A stretch of 64,000 nucleotides of DNA, from positions 51,894,001 through 51,958,000 of the forward strand of contig OZ296650.1 in NCBI GenBank assembly GCA_965655095.1. Direction: 5' to 3'. Shown here piece after piece: positions 61,773 through 64,000 of this stretch (positions are counted from its first letter, which is position 1; every line of letters begins with the position of its first letter). Made by a program: the position numbers and the translations under genes. Under the pieces are notes generated by a model. The model made no database searches. It was not told the origin of the DNA and was given only the letters and a program-made list of their open reading frames with translations. The stretch comes from Haplodiscus bocki (lineage: Eukaryota).

Positions 61773-64000
61773 GGACCCCTAGAATTGTTCATGTCTGAGT
61801 TCTTTACTGTGCGAATCTTTTCAACATTGAGTTCTCATAGGGCGAACCTTGAGCGACATGGTTCACAGATCATATTTTCGACTATTAGACACCGTGACAG
61901 ATACAGGTCTCAATTGGACTTTTCCGAACAAACTTTTGATAGACAGATGGTGTAGTGTTTCTATAAAAGTGTCAATCTTGTATCCGATCAAGGTGCAAAT
62001 GTCTCTCAGAACCATGAATCTGTCATCTTTATCTTCGATTCCGAAAACTCCGAAATTGTTCCTAAATTTCGCTCGCCACTGTTAATAATGAAATACTGAC
62101 TTTCCTTGGCTGTGTAAGTGTACTGATGAGTTCGCCTACAGAAGTTCAGCTTCGGAGCTAATTGTTTTTGCGTGCTAAAATTGTGATGAGCCTGGCGTTA
62201 TTTTCTGCTGAATTTCTGTCAAATATTTTTTGTTTTGCGTCTCTTAAGGTAAGACAAAACGGTTCCGGTCTCAGCTCTGGGGCTCTTTAATTTTTCTGAT
62301 AATTTGTAAACGGCTATGATACCAAATGTCACGGCTGACTTAAATTCCAAAACATGATTTAAGCTTATGCCGGTCCCTGGTTCTCTCTGCCTCCCACTAA
62401 TAAAGCAGAGAATCAAAATTGTATGATAAAGTATCTTTGGATAGAAATCAGGTCAAGATGTTCCAAAGTTGAGAAATTCCAGTTTTTCAATTTCTCCGAA
62501 CATGCAATACTGCGATGATGTCAACTTCAACTAAGATCTACCTTTAACGTTCGACTATGAAGAAACGAACATGAAAGTCCCCAATTTATAAAAATCTGAC
62601 TCCTTTCTAATGTACAAGACAAATAGGTTAGGACCGTTTTTTGTAAAAAAAAACATATATATATATACAACAGGTATGAGGTATTTGCTTTAAAGCACGC
62701 GAAAGAGGTGGATTAAACTCGTGAAAAGTGGGCGATACATTTTTTGGCATTTAAAAGCGACGAAAAGCACATTAATTGAAGATGAAGTTATGTGAAACAT
62801 CAAATTTGCCATCAAAACACGTGAAGTCTCAACATCTTTCGAAATCAAGTTCGAAATGGAATTCAAGATGGTCTCGAGAAAGAATAATGGAATTTTTGAA
62901 GAACCAATCAAATATCCTCAATCAACTCAGATCAAGTTCATTCCATGTTCATTGCAGAAAACATTTGAACAATAAAGGTTAATGAGAATCAACTAAGTTC
63001 ATCAGCAGAATTACCGTTACAAAGTAATATGATTATCAATTAAACGAAACACTCAAATTTGTTTTGAAAGGTTGATGGCACTAATAATATACTGAATTAG
63101 GCAAAAATAGCGCATAACGAATCTTGAAATGAGTTTTGGTCATCAGGAATTAACAATTGAACACAATTTCTTGATAGCTCCAATGGGCAAAACAGGTTGG
63201 GCAAGAATGAAAAGTTTTATGTCTGTTATTGGGATGAAACTTGATCATGGGTTAGGTCTCCTCAAGATAGGCCAAAGAGCCAAGTGTTTGGCTCAAACAA
63301 TGACATGACCTTGAAAATTTGCACTTGAAGGTCACTGTGGTGTCAGAAGTAAAAAATCACTTTTTCATAGTTTGAAGGAGCAAAAAGTGCTAGAAGGCAT
63401 TGTATTGATATTATCTTATGCAATGCAACTACTAAGACTTCATTGAAGGTCAAATCAAATTATCTGAGGTTTCCATAAAAATTGGCTCATTCTCAAGTTT
63501 TAATGTTTTTTGAGTCTCCGGCGGGAACACCATCCTTTGGTTTTTTAAACTAATCTGGAAATTCGGGCGAAAGCTTTTTGCGATATACATCATTGCCTCT
63601 TCCAAAAATTGAAATTGAAGGTACGATAATTTTTTTGTTATCACACGATTTAGCTAATGCGTATTGCTTTCTTTTGCTTTTATCTTCATAAATCGAAATG
63701 TAACCGGACGGCAGAGCGATGAAGAAATGAATGACTGATAAACCAACGGATGGAAGAATGAAATTCTGTGGTAGAATAGTATGTATTTGCCTGTCTTTTT
63801 CGGCGAATAAAATATATGTCAAAATTTTGGGTATTTGCTGGATTTTTGTTTTTCAATCATAGCTCTAATTTTTACTTGAATATTGTGAGAAAATAGCTGA
63901 TGGAATGATACACTGATGTTTTTTGACTGATGCTATTTCTTGGATCGCCTGTTATAATTTTTGCCGTGTTCGTTTTATGAATCCATGGTGTGATTCCAGC

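Noticed and set aside
63100-63480. TGACCTTGA/AAGGTCA motifs suggesting nuclear-receptor sites or another Helitron-like repeat
   Set aside because: No termini or second copy are visible, and short motifs alone are not sufficient.

Overview
AT-rich, transposon-dense eukaryotic DNA, probably animal. The species cannot be determined from the sequence. One host gene is recognisable: three spliced exons (18916-19181, 22786-22959, 27969-28209, + strand) of a TLC-domain membrane protein whose first exon was not found. The rest is mostly mobile DNA. It includes the 3' half of an env-bearing Gypsy element (1-~3160) and several decayed minus-strand CR1/L2-type LINEs. A Helentron-type non-autonomous element (16571-17588) carries four tandem tRNA-Ile-derived genes with an AAA anticodon. 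A full-length Ingi/Vingi-like LINE (23955-27413) has a 12-bp TSD, an HDV-like ribozyme fold at its 5' end and a 2A-like peptide. An 11.5-kb Gypsy provirus (36044-47595, - strand) has 1377-bp near-identical LTRs, gag, protease, integrase and env, but no RT/RNase H, and an extra ORF after env encoding an HPD-motif J-domain. The right third holds degenerate tandem arrays, a ~500-bp near-identical inverted duplication 23 kb apart, and a recent 579-bp tandem duplication. The most novel candidates are the J-domain accessory gene of the env-bearing retroelement, the tRNA-carrying Helentron, and the ribozyme/2A-headed LINE. All calls come from reading motifs by eye; no searches were run.
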